Assembly (NCBI RefSeq): GCF_018350175.1
Contig: NC_058368.1
Location: forward strand, 96,970,001 to 97,034,000
Source: Felis catus
Taxonomy: Eukaryota
Direction: 5' to 3'
DNA length: 64,000 bases
The notes beneath the pieces are model-generated. The model searched no databases. It worked only from the letters and a program-made list of their open reading frames with translations, and was not told the origin of the DNA. Positions 52,839-64,000 of the stretch are shown piece by piece. The translations under genes were made by a program, and so were the position numbers. Numbering within the stretch: the stretch's first letter is position 1; each line of letters opens with the position of its first letter.

Positions 52839-53641
52839 CAAAACTGCTCCTTTCCAAACACTGAGCACCGTAATAGCAGAAGCATATGCATCTGGTCTTT
52901 TCCACGGAATTCAGGGAGGCCACTGCTGATTCCAGTTAACTCTCTTGGAGCACCTAGCAAGCATGGACTGACGGAAACATTTAATAAAGATGGAGACGTG
53001 ACTAATGATGACAAGCTATTATCCCCAGGGGAAGATCCTTGGCATAGAGCAAGCAGTCTGTAAAGGTGTGTTGAATGAAGAAGAGCTCTATTGTCTGGCC
53101 CAGGAACAATATGCATTCTGTTTATGGTTCTAGAATCTGTCCTGGATATACCTGTTTCCCCTCCACCCTCTCCCTCCCCTCCTGAGGTTGCCCAAAGACC
53201 ATCTCTATTCCTAAGCGAGAAATTCAAAGCAGGGGATGCATCAGTTTCGCCTGACTGGTACCAATAAGCCCACCTTCAGTAACTTCCTGTCCTAATATTT
53301 ATGATGTGACACGTTACCCCGGCTGGGAATACTCAGCATTTGACCTGCTCTATTTCTCTTATTCCAACCCTAGCTTCCCCCAATGGCTTGTTCACCTTTC
53401 AAAATTTTAAATGTGAAAGATGACATGATTGTTACAATCCCAGGGGAAAAAAATCAATCGTGATTAAAGCCAATATATGTGACATGTTGTTCTCTTGACT
53501 CCAAGGACTCATCCACTCTTTAGTCAAGCCATGGCTTGACTTTCTACAGGAGATGGTTTCACTGCTGGTCTGGTCAATCTAGGGAAGACCAATCATCATA
53601 TTGCAGTGAAAAAAAAAAACAAGAAAAGCAGAGCTGAGCCG

Positions 53642-53988
53642 AGAAAAGAAAAGAAAAGAAAAGAAAAGAAAAGAAAAGAAAAGAAAAGAAAAGAAAAGAA
53701 AAGAAAAGAAAAGAAAAGAAAAGAAAGAGAGGAGAGGAGAGGAGAGGAGAGGAGAGGAGAGGAGAGGAGAAGAGAAGAGAAGAGAAGAGAAGAGAAGAGA
53801 AGAGAAGAGAAGAGAAGAGAAGAGAAAAAAGGAAAAAGAAAAAAGGCAAGAAAAGAAAAGAGAAAAGGAAAGGAAAAGAAGAGAAGAGAAGAGAAGAGAA
53901 GAGAAGAGAAGAGAAGAGAAGAGAAAAGAAAAAAGGAAAGGAAAGGAAAGGAAAGGAAAGGAAAGGAAAGGAAAGGAAAGGAAAGAAG
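53642..53988. repeat. Compound polypurine pentanucleotide array (GAAAA)n(GAGAG)n(GAGAA)n(GGAAA)n
   Basis: Direct reading. Confidence 0.95.
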
Positions 53989-55207
53989 AGTGTCTGTGAC
54001 TCAACGAAGCCTGAAACAAAATAAATACATTGCCTTCTTCTATAGTTGAAGCAGAGTGGTCACACACCCCACTGTCAGGGGCAGCTGAACTCATCTGCAC
54101 ACAGAGCACCTGGGCCCTGCCCTGGGACACTGATCAAAGGAGAGGACTGAACAAGCTATATAGCCTGTTCCTTTTCAGTGACTGAGGGTTGATCCACGCC
54201 GTCCAGGCAGGAGTGCTCAGCTCTCTCTCTCTTGGGAAATGTGGCATTCTCACATACAATCTAGCACTGGCTGGAGGCCTAGCAGACAGGCAGAGGAATG
54301 TAGACAATTTATAGGCTGAAAATGTGCACACAGGCAGCAGCACTGAGTTCACTCAGGAAGCATATGTGCTGTGGCCACACGGAGGGAGGCCTAGGTGGGA
54401 CCCCCAGAGCTTGGCAGAAACTCTAGCAGGGACCCAGTGTGGAGCTGTAAACCTGGTGACGAGCACTCTGTACTGGTCTTAAAAAGATGGTGAAAACATA
54501 GGCGCTTTAAGGCTGCAGTGTCGGGACAGAGGGAGGCCACTCGGAAAGCTGACTCTCACAGAGAATCATTTCTAGGCTTCCAGAATGTACCCCAAATAAG
54601 CCAGAGGTGAGCTACCCCTTCAGCCCCAAGAGGCAGCTGTGTCCACAAGGCATAATCTTCTGGAGAGATCCGTGGCTCTGAAGAGGAGCACACTGATTTG
54701 ATGACTATTTTCTGTTGCTGTTGTTTTCAGTCTGAAACGCTAGCCAAGATACCTCTTTAAAATCTACAGTTTTAAAAAAAAAAAATTTATCCAGCCAAAA
54801 TTTCCCATGTCATTAAATCTCATATCCTCCATTAATTGCAGGGTCACACACAGAAAGCAACAGGTGAAAAGGCAGAAGAAGAGGTAAAGGTGGAGGAGCC
54901 CAGGAGACAAGGCACCAACTGTACGTGGCAACTGAGGACAACAAACTTTATTGACTCGGCCCCACACACACTTAGCCTGCGTGCGGGGCTTTTCGAGCAC
55001 TTTCATTCTGGAATCCATTTCCAGAGTTTACGGCTTCCACGGTTTTATGTTCCTTCCCCACAGCTTTCTTCACCTATTCATATGCATCCTGGTTTCTCTT
55101 CTCTGAAAGGTGGTTCTTGGGAAAGCCCCAGCCATGTTTATATAATACACATGTAGCTTGAAGGGGGACTTTTCAGCAGATTTGGGTGAGACTTGCCCTG
55201 TGGTTTT

Positions 55208-55210
<3 letters not shown>

Positions 55211-55288
<78 letters not shown>
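55211..55288. repeat. (TG)n(GA)n compound microsatellite
   Basis: Direct reading. Confidence 0.95.
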
Positions 55289-55291
<3 letters not shown>

Positions 55292-55513
55292 ATCATGAGC
55301 CGATTTTAACAGTTCTGCCTGTCCGCTCTACTCAGTCTAAAGACAGAAAAGAGAGAGATAAATACTCAAACTGTAATTCTCATTTCAAACAGGGTAATCT
55401 ATTGCTTGTCTTGTGATTTCAGAATAGACTAGTGGCCTGAAATTGTAGCCCATTGACACTTAATTTGCCTAAAGTGCATCCTATAGTGACACCAAAAAAA
55501 CCCCCAAAACACC

Positions 55514-55514
<1 letters not shown>

Positions 55515-55604
<90 letters not shown>
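55515..55604. repeat. (CA)n(GA)n compound microsatellite
   Basis: Direct reading. Confidence 0.95.
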
Positions 55605-55609
<5 letters not shown>

Positions 55610-56290
55610 CACACAAAGAAACAAACAAAAACAAAAACAAAAGGCCCGCAAAATAACAACAAAAAACTCTCAGGTCAACTGTCTGTAATTACAATAGTCA
55701 TTTTCTTTCCTGATATCTCCAAGCTTATTCCTCCAATTTGCCATCCGACAACTCAACTACCATCATCACATGGGAATTCTGACAACCCAAGGAAGCAAAT
55801 GCTGTCACTCTGACTTGATGTTCAGAGACTGTTTGTCAATTAGTATGACCTCCGGGTCTCAGCTAGGAAGAGACACCACATTCCACAGATTCTCCTGGTC
55901 TTTCCCAGAATAGCATTGGAGTTCATCTTCTAATTGTGTTCTGTGATTTTCGTCTGGCACAAGGCTTACTACCACATTCCAGAATCTGCCTATCTCCAAA
56001 GAAACATCGCCACCTTTCCATGCTCAGACATCCACTATACAGATCAAACCAACTCTAAAGAGTAATACCTTTTTAAGAGAACAGGTAAGACTTGAGGTCA
56101 GCACAAGTGCTTTACCGACCAAGAATTATTTTCAATGCTCTGCTGGGTTTTCTGAGTCATCTCAGTGAACTTTCTGGAATTATATGCCTCTCAAGGACCA
56201 TCGAGTGCCATAACATACATACATACATACGCACACACGTAGGTATACATATTTTGTGAAGTCAGAATAACATTTTCTTCCTGCCTCTCC

Positions 56291-56514
56291 TTTTTTTAAT
56301 TGTTTATTTATTTTGAAAGAGAGAGAGAGAGAGATCTCACATGTGTGCGTGTGAGCAGGGGAGGGGCAGAGAGAGAGAGAGAAAGAGTCCAAGCAGGCTG
56401 TGCGCTGTCAGCACAGAGCCCAACACGGGGCTGATCCTATACACCACGAGATCATGACCTGAGCCAAAACAAAGAGTCAGGTGCTTAACTGACTGAGCCA
56501 CCCAGGTGTGCCCC
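56291..56514 (-). mobile_element. Can-SINE
   Basis: TSD cctgcctct; typical body. Confidence 0.93.
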
Positions 56515-59500
56515 CTGCCTCTTATATTACATAAAGCACTTGGCAATATGTATTTTCTGTAGAATACTTTTTTACAATAATAAGAAGGGGGCAGTACTAA
56601 TCATGGCTAATATTCTTCAAGTTCTTCTAATGTACCAGGTGTGCTAAGCATTCTCCCACATGCACAATCTCATTTGATCTTTAAAACACCTCCATATAGG
56701 AGGTACTATTAAACTCATATTCTTCTGCCTCTAGTATCCGGGCTCCTAATTGCTATGGGCCAGGGCACAGCAGAACTACTGGCCTCAGCTTTGACTAAAA
56801 ACAAAACAAAACAAAACAAAACAACAAAAAAAAACCCTGCATAACATAAATATGTATGTCATAAGTATGTATGTACATACCATAATTATGTAATTATAAT
56901 CTTATGATACACATAATCCAGCTAAAAATATAAAATATAAGTTTATAATCATAAGTATGACATATATTTAGACAGTATGAACATTTTTAACTCCACAAGT
57001 TTTTCCACTTCTCCAGCATAATATATGATCATCATTTGTGAATTAAAACTTAATTGAGCACACCACTACTGGCAAATAACAAAATACTCAAAACTTACAT
57101 CAACTCTGCCTCCCCCCTATTATTAAGACAGAAGCTGTTTAAGCATTCTTATTCTGGCAATTAAAGACAAGTGTGTTTTCTAAAGTGAAGGTTATGTTGA
57201 CTTTGATAAGTATATTGCTCACTGTCTGACCATAAAGGGCCAGAGCTGGAGATAAATAGCAGAATGCTTTGTCCTTCACTTCAGGCATGATGGCTGGACC
57301 TCCCTGGCTGTAAATTTCCCAATATTTGATGGCCCCGGTGTCAGCAGCAAAATGATGCATAATAAACACAACAATACATTATATGCCACTTCTTGATTTG
57401 GTGCCAAGTCAGGGAAGGAAACAGTCTACTTTTCAATGGGTTTTCTGAAATAATACAGAGACAGTGTGTTTTGGAGAGCTCTGAGGAGGAAAACTGACGC
57501 TCGGTTTTCATCCCCCATCTCTGAACTAGCCTTTGAAATTGACAATCTGGAGCATCACGAACGGTGGTTCCACCATAGTTGGGGTGGTATCAGGAAGGCC
57601 AGGGTACACAGACTTTCATCTAGCCAGGAAAAAGGAAACAGAGCTCATTTTGAACTAGAGAGAAAAAAGATATTTGATGAATGCCAGAGGAGCAAGCTGC
57701 CTAAATCCTTTAACAAAGAAGAGACAAAGGGGAGCGGGTTTGTGAAATTATGTGCAGAGCTACAATGAATGTTTTGATCAAGTTTTTAATTGTTTCATTT
57801 TATCCAGAATATTTCTTGCAAAGTCTAAAATCTTGCTTTAGAGCTAAAAGAGAAAACACCATTTGAAGGGCGGCCTCTGTGAAATAGTATCACTGAGTCA
57901 CCAAGGAAATTTTAAGTTACAGAGAGGGAAAAATGTGAGGGTTGCACATACACCTTTGCCTGGGACCGCTGTCTCCCTGCCTGCAAACAGGTCACAGGCT
58001 TCGAGTGTTAGCGGGAACCTGAGAAGTCACTGAGTCTACCTCTGACATTTCATAGATGACAGGCTTAAACTTGGTAAGTGACTTACCCAAGGTCATGCGT
58101 GGAGTTATATCCGTTTTATTGTCCGAATAACAAATGGGAAGTGGCACTGGAGATCATGTGGCAGTTTACCCAAGGCCTTCCTGTAAAGAAAATGGTGGTA
58201 ATAGCAGTTCCTGAATTCACTTATGCACCAAAGCATGTCATCAGACATCCAAGAAAAATAGACACACAACATCTCCTAAGGCAAGAATTATTTTTTTAAA
58301 ACTCAGACATTCAGCCAGGTATACCTGATTCACTGAGTGTCAGTTCTGGGTTGCCCACTCAGTTGTTCTTTCCAGAAAGGATAGTGAAAAAAAAAGTCTA
58401 GGAATTTTTCTCAGGGAGCAGCCACAAAGCCAAACATCTGGACGCCTCTTTCATTTCGATCTCATGTCAAGCCTTCAAGTACAGAAGTACTTACATGTCA
58501 ATCACCTATATTCTTACTGGCAAACCCCAATGAACAGAGCCTCTGCAATAGAAAAATATGAATATTTTCCAGCCTCTTCATCCTCTACCCTCTTATCCCA
58601 GGAGCTCAAAATGACCCTACACTTTTCTGGAAAAATCAGAAATGAAAATCCCTGAGTTGTCTGCCTTTTCCTCATTTCATTATCCCAGAATCGGGGCCAC
58701 ATCTGAAACTTCCAGATGATATCCACCCAATCCTGGAGACCTGCTCCAGTTCACAAGATGGCCTGCCCAAGGCCACTCTCCATCTGAAAGGTCCCATGGA
58801 AGATGGCATAGACTCCTGCCAGTGGCTACACATATTCTCTTCAATATTAGACTCTCACCCAGAAAACATTAAGGTGGGCATGCAAAATGGCAAAAAGGCT
58901 CCTTCTCATACCCAAGCTTCCCCAAACCCTCACTTACATGATCGTAACTTCTCCATAAAACAGTGAGAGTTCGGGAGAGTAATCTTTCTTCCCAAGGCCA
59001 AGCTCACTATGACCTGGCATCCAGGAACAGCCCACAATTACTGATTACTGTGGGCTGGTCCTAATCACTGTCTTTACCAGTATTTATTCACACTTTCCAA
59101 AACTGAAGCCTGGAGTTAACCAGCCAACATCCAAACTTCTCTCCAGCCTACTTCCCTTCTTGGCTCCTGTATGATCCTACCTGCACTAAAGATTCACACT
59201 TCGAAATAGTGTGGTTCCTGAGATAAATCAACATTTTTCCTTCTTTTTCCACATCGTTCTTGATGCTCACTGCATGAAAATAACAGGATGTAGGAAGAAC
59301 ATCAAACAAAGAGTGATATTCACCAAGAGCGATCCTGGGTGTGTGTAATGGACACAGAGGAGTCATCCGCTCCTGATTTTCCTTCATAGGTGGGCATGTG
59401 TGGTGTCTCGCGTGTGTGCAAGCAGCAGCCTTGCATCTTTGTTAGCTCCGGAAGCCGGAGTGTATCACTTTCCAAAGGGCAGTCTCCTAGAGCTTGTCTG

Positions 59501-59837
59501 CATCAAGATCAAGATCCCTCCCATCAACAACAAGATCCCTCCCTCAAAGCCTGCCCCTGATTCTCATAAGCATGAGGGACAAAAAACAAAAGGAAAATAC
59601 TGTTTTCTGCTAACATAGTTTGAGTCATCCTTCATACATGGGGGGCCCAGTTAAGTGTTCAGCACTGATCAGACCTTAGGGACACCTAAGAATGAACGAG
59701 TCCCAGCCCTGCCCTTATAGATTGTAACAATCCACAGAGCAGGATTTAGACAAATGCACATAAGACTAGATACAAATTCATAAACCAACATCCAAATGAA
59801 TAAACAAAGGGCCATTATAGAGTGAAATGACTTCTTT

Positions 59838-60055
59838 TTTTTTAATTTGTTTAACATTTATTCATTTTTTGATAGAGAGAGACAGAGCGTGAGTGGGGAA
59901 GGGGCAGAGACAGAGAGAGACACAGAATCCGAAGCAGGTTCCCGGCTCCGAGCTGTCAGCACAGAGCCCGATGCGGGGCTCGAACTCACGAACCGTGAGA
60001 TCATGACCTGAGCTGAAGTCAGACGCCCAACCGACTGAGCCACCCCAGGCACTCC
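59838..60055 (-). mobile_element. Can-SINE (SINEC_Fc-like)
   Basis: 16-bp TSD gtgaaatgacttcttt (59822-59837, 60056-60071). Confidence 0.96.
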
Positions 60056-60217
60056 GTGAAATGACTTCTTTTTTTTCTTTAAATCAATATCCCAAAAGAA
60101 TATTACCTCTTCCAAAACACTCACTGCAGTGCATTCCAATTACTTTTCTGTTGCTCACAAGTTTTGAAACCTATTTGCAATTGCTTTTGAGCAGGTACAT
60201 AACAGAGAGAGAAAGTA

Positions 60218-60443
60218 GGGGTATCTGGGTGGCTCAGTTGGTTGAGGGTGCAACTCTTGATTTCGGCTCAGGTCATGATCTTCATGAGTTCTCAAGTTTA
60301 AGCCTCGCGTTGTCTCCACGCTGAATATGGAGCCTGCTTGGGATTCTCTCTCTCTGCCCCTCCCCCACTCACCCTCACAAGAATGTGTGCACGTACTCCC
60401 TCTCTCTCTCTCAAAATAAACAAATAAACATTAAAAAAAAAAA
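60218..60443 (+). mobile_element. Can-SINE
   Basis: ggggtatctgggtggctcagttgg head, CT body, A tail. Confidence 0.93.
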
Positions 60444-60899
60444 CAAAGGGGGAACATAGGAGTGTAGAATAGAGAAGTACTCTTCCCTAACATTGCTTAG
60501 AATTGCACATTTGCAGTGACAACAAAAAACAGACTATATCTTGGTGGGTTCTATTGTTTTTAAATGTTCTATAAACAGACCCCCTCTTATTGCCTTATGG
60601 CCAGCACCCTGGGTGAACTGCCTCCATAAGCCACACTCCCACCCCTAGTCTTTGTTCACCACTGCTTCTGAAGGTCCATTCATGCCAACTGCTCAGTGGG
60701 GTCCAATCTCTTCTTCTCAGTGGCTACAATCAGTCAACTCTAATGAATAACATAGAGGATGAAGCCGGGTGACACTGCCATAGGGCAGAGAGCAAATATG
60801 GCTTTACATGGATACTGTGGTTGTCCCCTGAAAGCAATTTTTACCAGGAGAAGCACTGAAGTGTTTTGAGCAAATTCAGAATTACTAGAATCTGTGTGC

Positions 60900-61270
60900 A
60901 ATCTACTCAATCCAGACAGACTATGAACAAACAACCCCACCGTCTCAGTGGTGCAAGGCAACAAAAGCTGGTTTCTCACTCATGCTCCATTTTTCACATG
61001 GATTATAAGAGGGATCCTGCTCACTGTAGTATCTCATGTGCCCAGATTGACACAAGCTCCATTGCAACCTGTGCTTTCACTCATGCTGGCCATGAGAACG
61101 GAAACTTCTAAAGCTTCCTCTGGAAGTGAGACAAGTCACTTCTGATCACATGTCACTGTCCACAGCAAATCACCTGGAATGCCTAACTTCCAAGGGGTAA
61201 CAAGGGTATAATGCTGGAGGTTCCGGGGAGGAACGTCAGGATATTGGTGGAAGGATGTAAGTCTGCACCC
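60900..61270 (-). mobile_element. MLT1I/J-like MaLR LTR relic
   Basis: 'caacaaaagctggtttctcactcatgc', 'ggaagtgagacaagtcacttctgatcacatgtcactgtcca..gcaaatcac'. Confidence 0.6.
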
Positions 61271-61519
61271 CACCGTGGGTGATCATTGTTTGAGGACGAC
61301 AAGATGCACTCAGCCTTATAAACTTTGTAAAGTTAGTGTTCACAGAACCACCCTCACTATTACGTGCTTATCTGTGTTGGATTTCTCTACATTGCAGAGC
61401 TATGACACAGTTGAGATGTCATCATAATGTCAGTAGGCCACCTGTGAAATGCAGAGCAGATTTGTGTCGGGCATCAGTATGACTGACAGTGGGTGGAGCG
61501 TGGCATAAAATCACAGTGC

Positions 61520-61770
61520 AGATAGCTGACATTCCAGGAAACTCCTCTGTGCCAGGCAAAGCCCTAGACGCTGTACTCTTGGTACCTCATTTACTCATCC
61601 CATTCCCCTGCAAGGCAGGTATCATTATCCTCATTTAACAAAAGAGAAAAATGGATACTTAGCTTAAAATACACTGTGCCAACGCACATCATGGGGGATA
61701 GGTGGTGGGGTCAATGTTCAAATTCAAGCCTGCCTGATTTCAGAACCCTCAGAGTGAGCCACAGGAAGTT
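61520..61770 (-). mobile_element. MIR
   Basis: 'tgtgccaggc..cctcatttactc..gcaggtatcattatcctcattt..ttcaaattcaagcctgcctga'. Confidence 0.65.
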
Positions 61771-61837
61771 CAACCCATACCAACTCCCTTATTATTTTAT
61801 CTGTATCCATTTTATACCTTTCCAATTAGATAATAGA

Positions 61838-61902
61838 TTTTTTTTTAATGTTTATTTATTTTGAGAGAGAGAGAGAGTGCACAAGCCAGAGAGGGAGGGA
61901 GG

Positions 61903-61954
<52 letters not shown>

Positions 61955-62073
61955 CCCAAGCAGGCTCTGCACTGTCAGCCAAGAACCTGACATGGGGCTC
62001 AAACCCACAAGCCATGAGATCGTGACCTGAGCCAAAACCAAGAGTCAGAAGCTTAACCTACTGAGCCACCAGG
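61838..62073 (-). mobile_element. Can-SINE, head slightly truncated
   Basis: T tail, long (GA)n, ends ctgagccaccagg. Confidence 0.93.
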
Positions 62074-62699
62074 AAATTAATTTTTAAAGGAAAATCTGCT
62101 AAGCTATTAAGAACAGGAATTTAGCTTCATTCACCTTTTAATGACCTGCAAGGACTAGCAAATACTCCTGCACATGGTAGGTGCTCAAGAAAATACTGGT
62201 TGTTAAATGCCTGTTGAAAGTCAAGGTTATTCCCCAAAGCAATATCCCCTTTCCTTTCTCCTGCCCAGCACATAAAAGGAGATTGACAAGAAGAAATGTT
62301 TCCTGACTGACTCTCAAAAAAAGGCAAAGTTGTCAACATTTTCCCTTATCAAGAATGTTCTCTACATGAGAAAATAGAGAGCAGCTTCCACAATACAGAC
62401 CTGAATGGGAAGATAATGGTCAGCAGGGCTCCCAGAGCTACCCGTGTTCCCACTCCAAACAAGCTCTTAACAAGAACACGCCTGCCAGGGAAACAGAGAG
62501 AAACTCATTTTGCGAGGAGACAACACACAGCTGCACAGTTCCATATTCCACTTAATCCCACAGATAAATTCACAAGTTGTCCTAAACATATCACTCTACC
62601 GGGGAATTTTTTTTCCCCTATTTCTAGCCGGTGTTGGACGTTTGATGTATCACAAATAATTCATCTCTCCACACCCCCCCGCCATACACATATGTACAC

Positions 62700-62832
62700 A
62701 ACCTTCTGTCTTTAAAAGGTTACACTTATCCCCCCCACACACACACACACAACCTTCTGTCTTTAAAAGGTTACACTTATCCCCCCCCCCACACACACAC
62801 ACAACCTTCTGTCTTTAAAAGGTTACACTTAT
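62700..62832. repeat. Tandem triplication of a 30-bp core with C-run/(AC)n linkers
   Basis: aaccttctgtctttaaaaggttacacttat at 62700, 62751 and 62803. Confidence 0.95.
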
Positions 62833-63636
62833 TCTGAGTCTCCTTTAAAATCTCTGCACAGGACCCTGGAGATCACAACACAGACTGTTTCTTCACAATG
62901 GCACTGGGATTTTCTCCCATGATGAGGGATGGCTCCTGTCACAGCTGCTTCCCAGAATCCTTCCTAAGCCTTTTCTTTTTAAGCACATGAGCCCTGCTTT
63001 TAATTGGGCATTTCATTAGAGAAGAATGAGGCATAAAGGAAAACAAAATGGTCTGTAGTCATTTGTTTTGAGGAGATCATTCTAGTCATCAACATCTGAA
63101 CCCTGCTGAAGAACAGTTTCAATTTCCCTTCTCAAGCACGGGGAAAGCAATGTTGACAACACATATTTCTCTCTGTCAAAACATTTCACTGACTCGGCAA
63201 TCTGTAGACAGTTTGAGAGTCGTATCGCCAGCAAGCGGTGCCATAGCGTTCTCCCCATTATTTTAAAATCCTAATGGCACGTGCTTCATGAGAGGGGCAC
63301 AGTGCGGGCCAAGATCCAAATTGAAAAGAAAAATGCTAAGCGAGTCAGTGAGCAGAGAGGGCACTGTCAATAATGGGCCTCATTACTGAGCCACAGAGAA
63401 AGATGGGGCCATCAGCATCCCGGTTCCTCTGGAGAGGCCGGCCCCATTGCCCTTGGAGTCAAGTCTCCTGAGGAGGGTCACTCGGAATTCTGTGAGCTCT
63501 GCGATCAGCAGAAGTGGGCTCGGGCTCACAAATGAGAAATGGATTTCATACCACGGGACCTAATTCAATTGTTACCTTTGGCTGAGGGTGGGAAGAAGAA
63601 ACGAAAGAATTGTATTCAAGTACAATAAGAGGCCGG

Positions 63637-63637
<1 letters not shown>

Positions 63638-63682
<45 letters not shown>
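63638..63682. repeat. (TG)n microsatellite
   Basis: Direct reading. Confidence 0.95.
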
Positions 63683-63685
<3 letters not shown>

Positions 63686-64000
63686 CACAGAAAAAGGCAA
63701 GCAACAGGCACCTAAATTAGACTTAAACTGACAAAACTCCTTATGGCCCCCTAGAAAGATAACTATGGTGGGATCTCCTCACAAAGGTTCATTACACCTT
63801 TAAGAGATAATGTTCAAGGAAATGGAAATGTGCTGCCCGGATAATGGCCTTGGGCTGCGAGGCAGATACCTCGGGGCTTCAAGGCCGTGGCTTTGGCAGA
63901 AAACAAATCCTGAAGCAAAGCTGAGCCTTTCTTGTCAAGGCCAAAGAACACTTATCAGTCACGAGGTTCAGATTCATGAAAGAAATGCCTTCCAAAAAAG

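Noticed and set aside
52480..52923. 147-aa minus-strand ORF
   Set aside because: No recognisable domain or exon structure; the region reads better as a motif-rich non-coding element.
53574..54130. Longest ORFs (183 aa, 147 aa, 91 aa)
   Set aside because: Translations of the polypurine microsatellite (FSSLL/KRREE repeats); not genes.
62700..62832. CRISPR-like 30-bp repeats with ~21-bp spacers
   Set aside because: Spacers are near-identical C-run/(AC)n, the DNA is mammalian and there are no cas genes; a simple tandem duplication.

Overview
Mammalian non-coding genomic DNA, almost certainly from a felid, judging by the SINEC_Fc-type tRNA-derived Can-SINEs and a felid-like L1 3' end. I find no credible protein-coding gene, rRNA/tRNA gene or CRISPR array. 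The listed ORFs arise from SINEs, LTRs and microsatellites or are chance ORFs. The window holds about 28 Can-SINE copies, several L1 fragments, a young CpG-rich ERV LTR cut by the left edge, two further ERV solo LTRs, old MLT1/L2/MIR/hAT relics and many microsatellites. Between the repeats lie several repeat-free blocks rich in homeodomain/SOX/POU/PBX-MEIS motifs that look like conserved developmental enhancers; one contains a near-perfect SOX-OCT composite site. The best-supported oddities are retrotransposition chimeras: an L1 with apparent serial 3' transductions under one TSD, and two SINE insertions carrying a second tail/3' fragment under one TSD. I see no evidence for a genuinely new biological system. 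Repeat subfamily names come from recalled consensus sequences and need RepeatMasker/Dfam confirmation.
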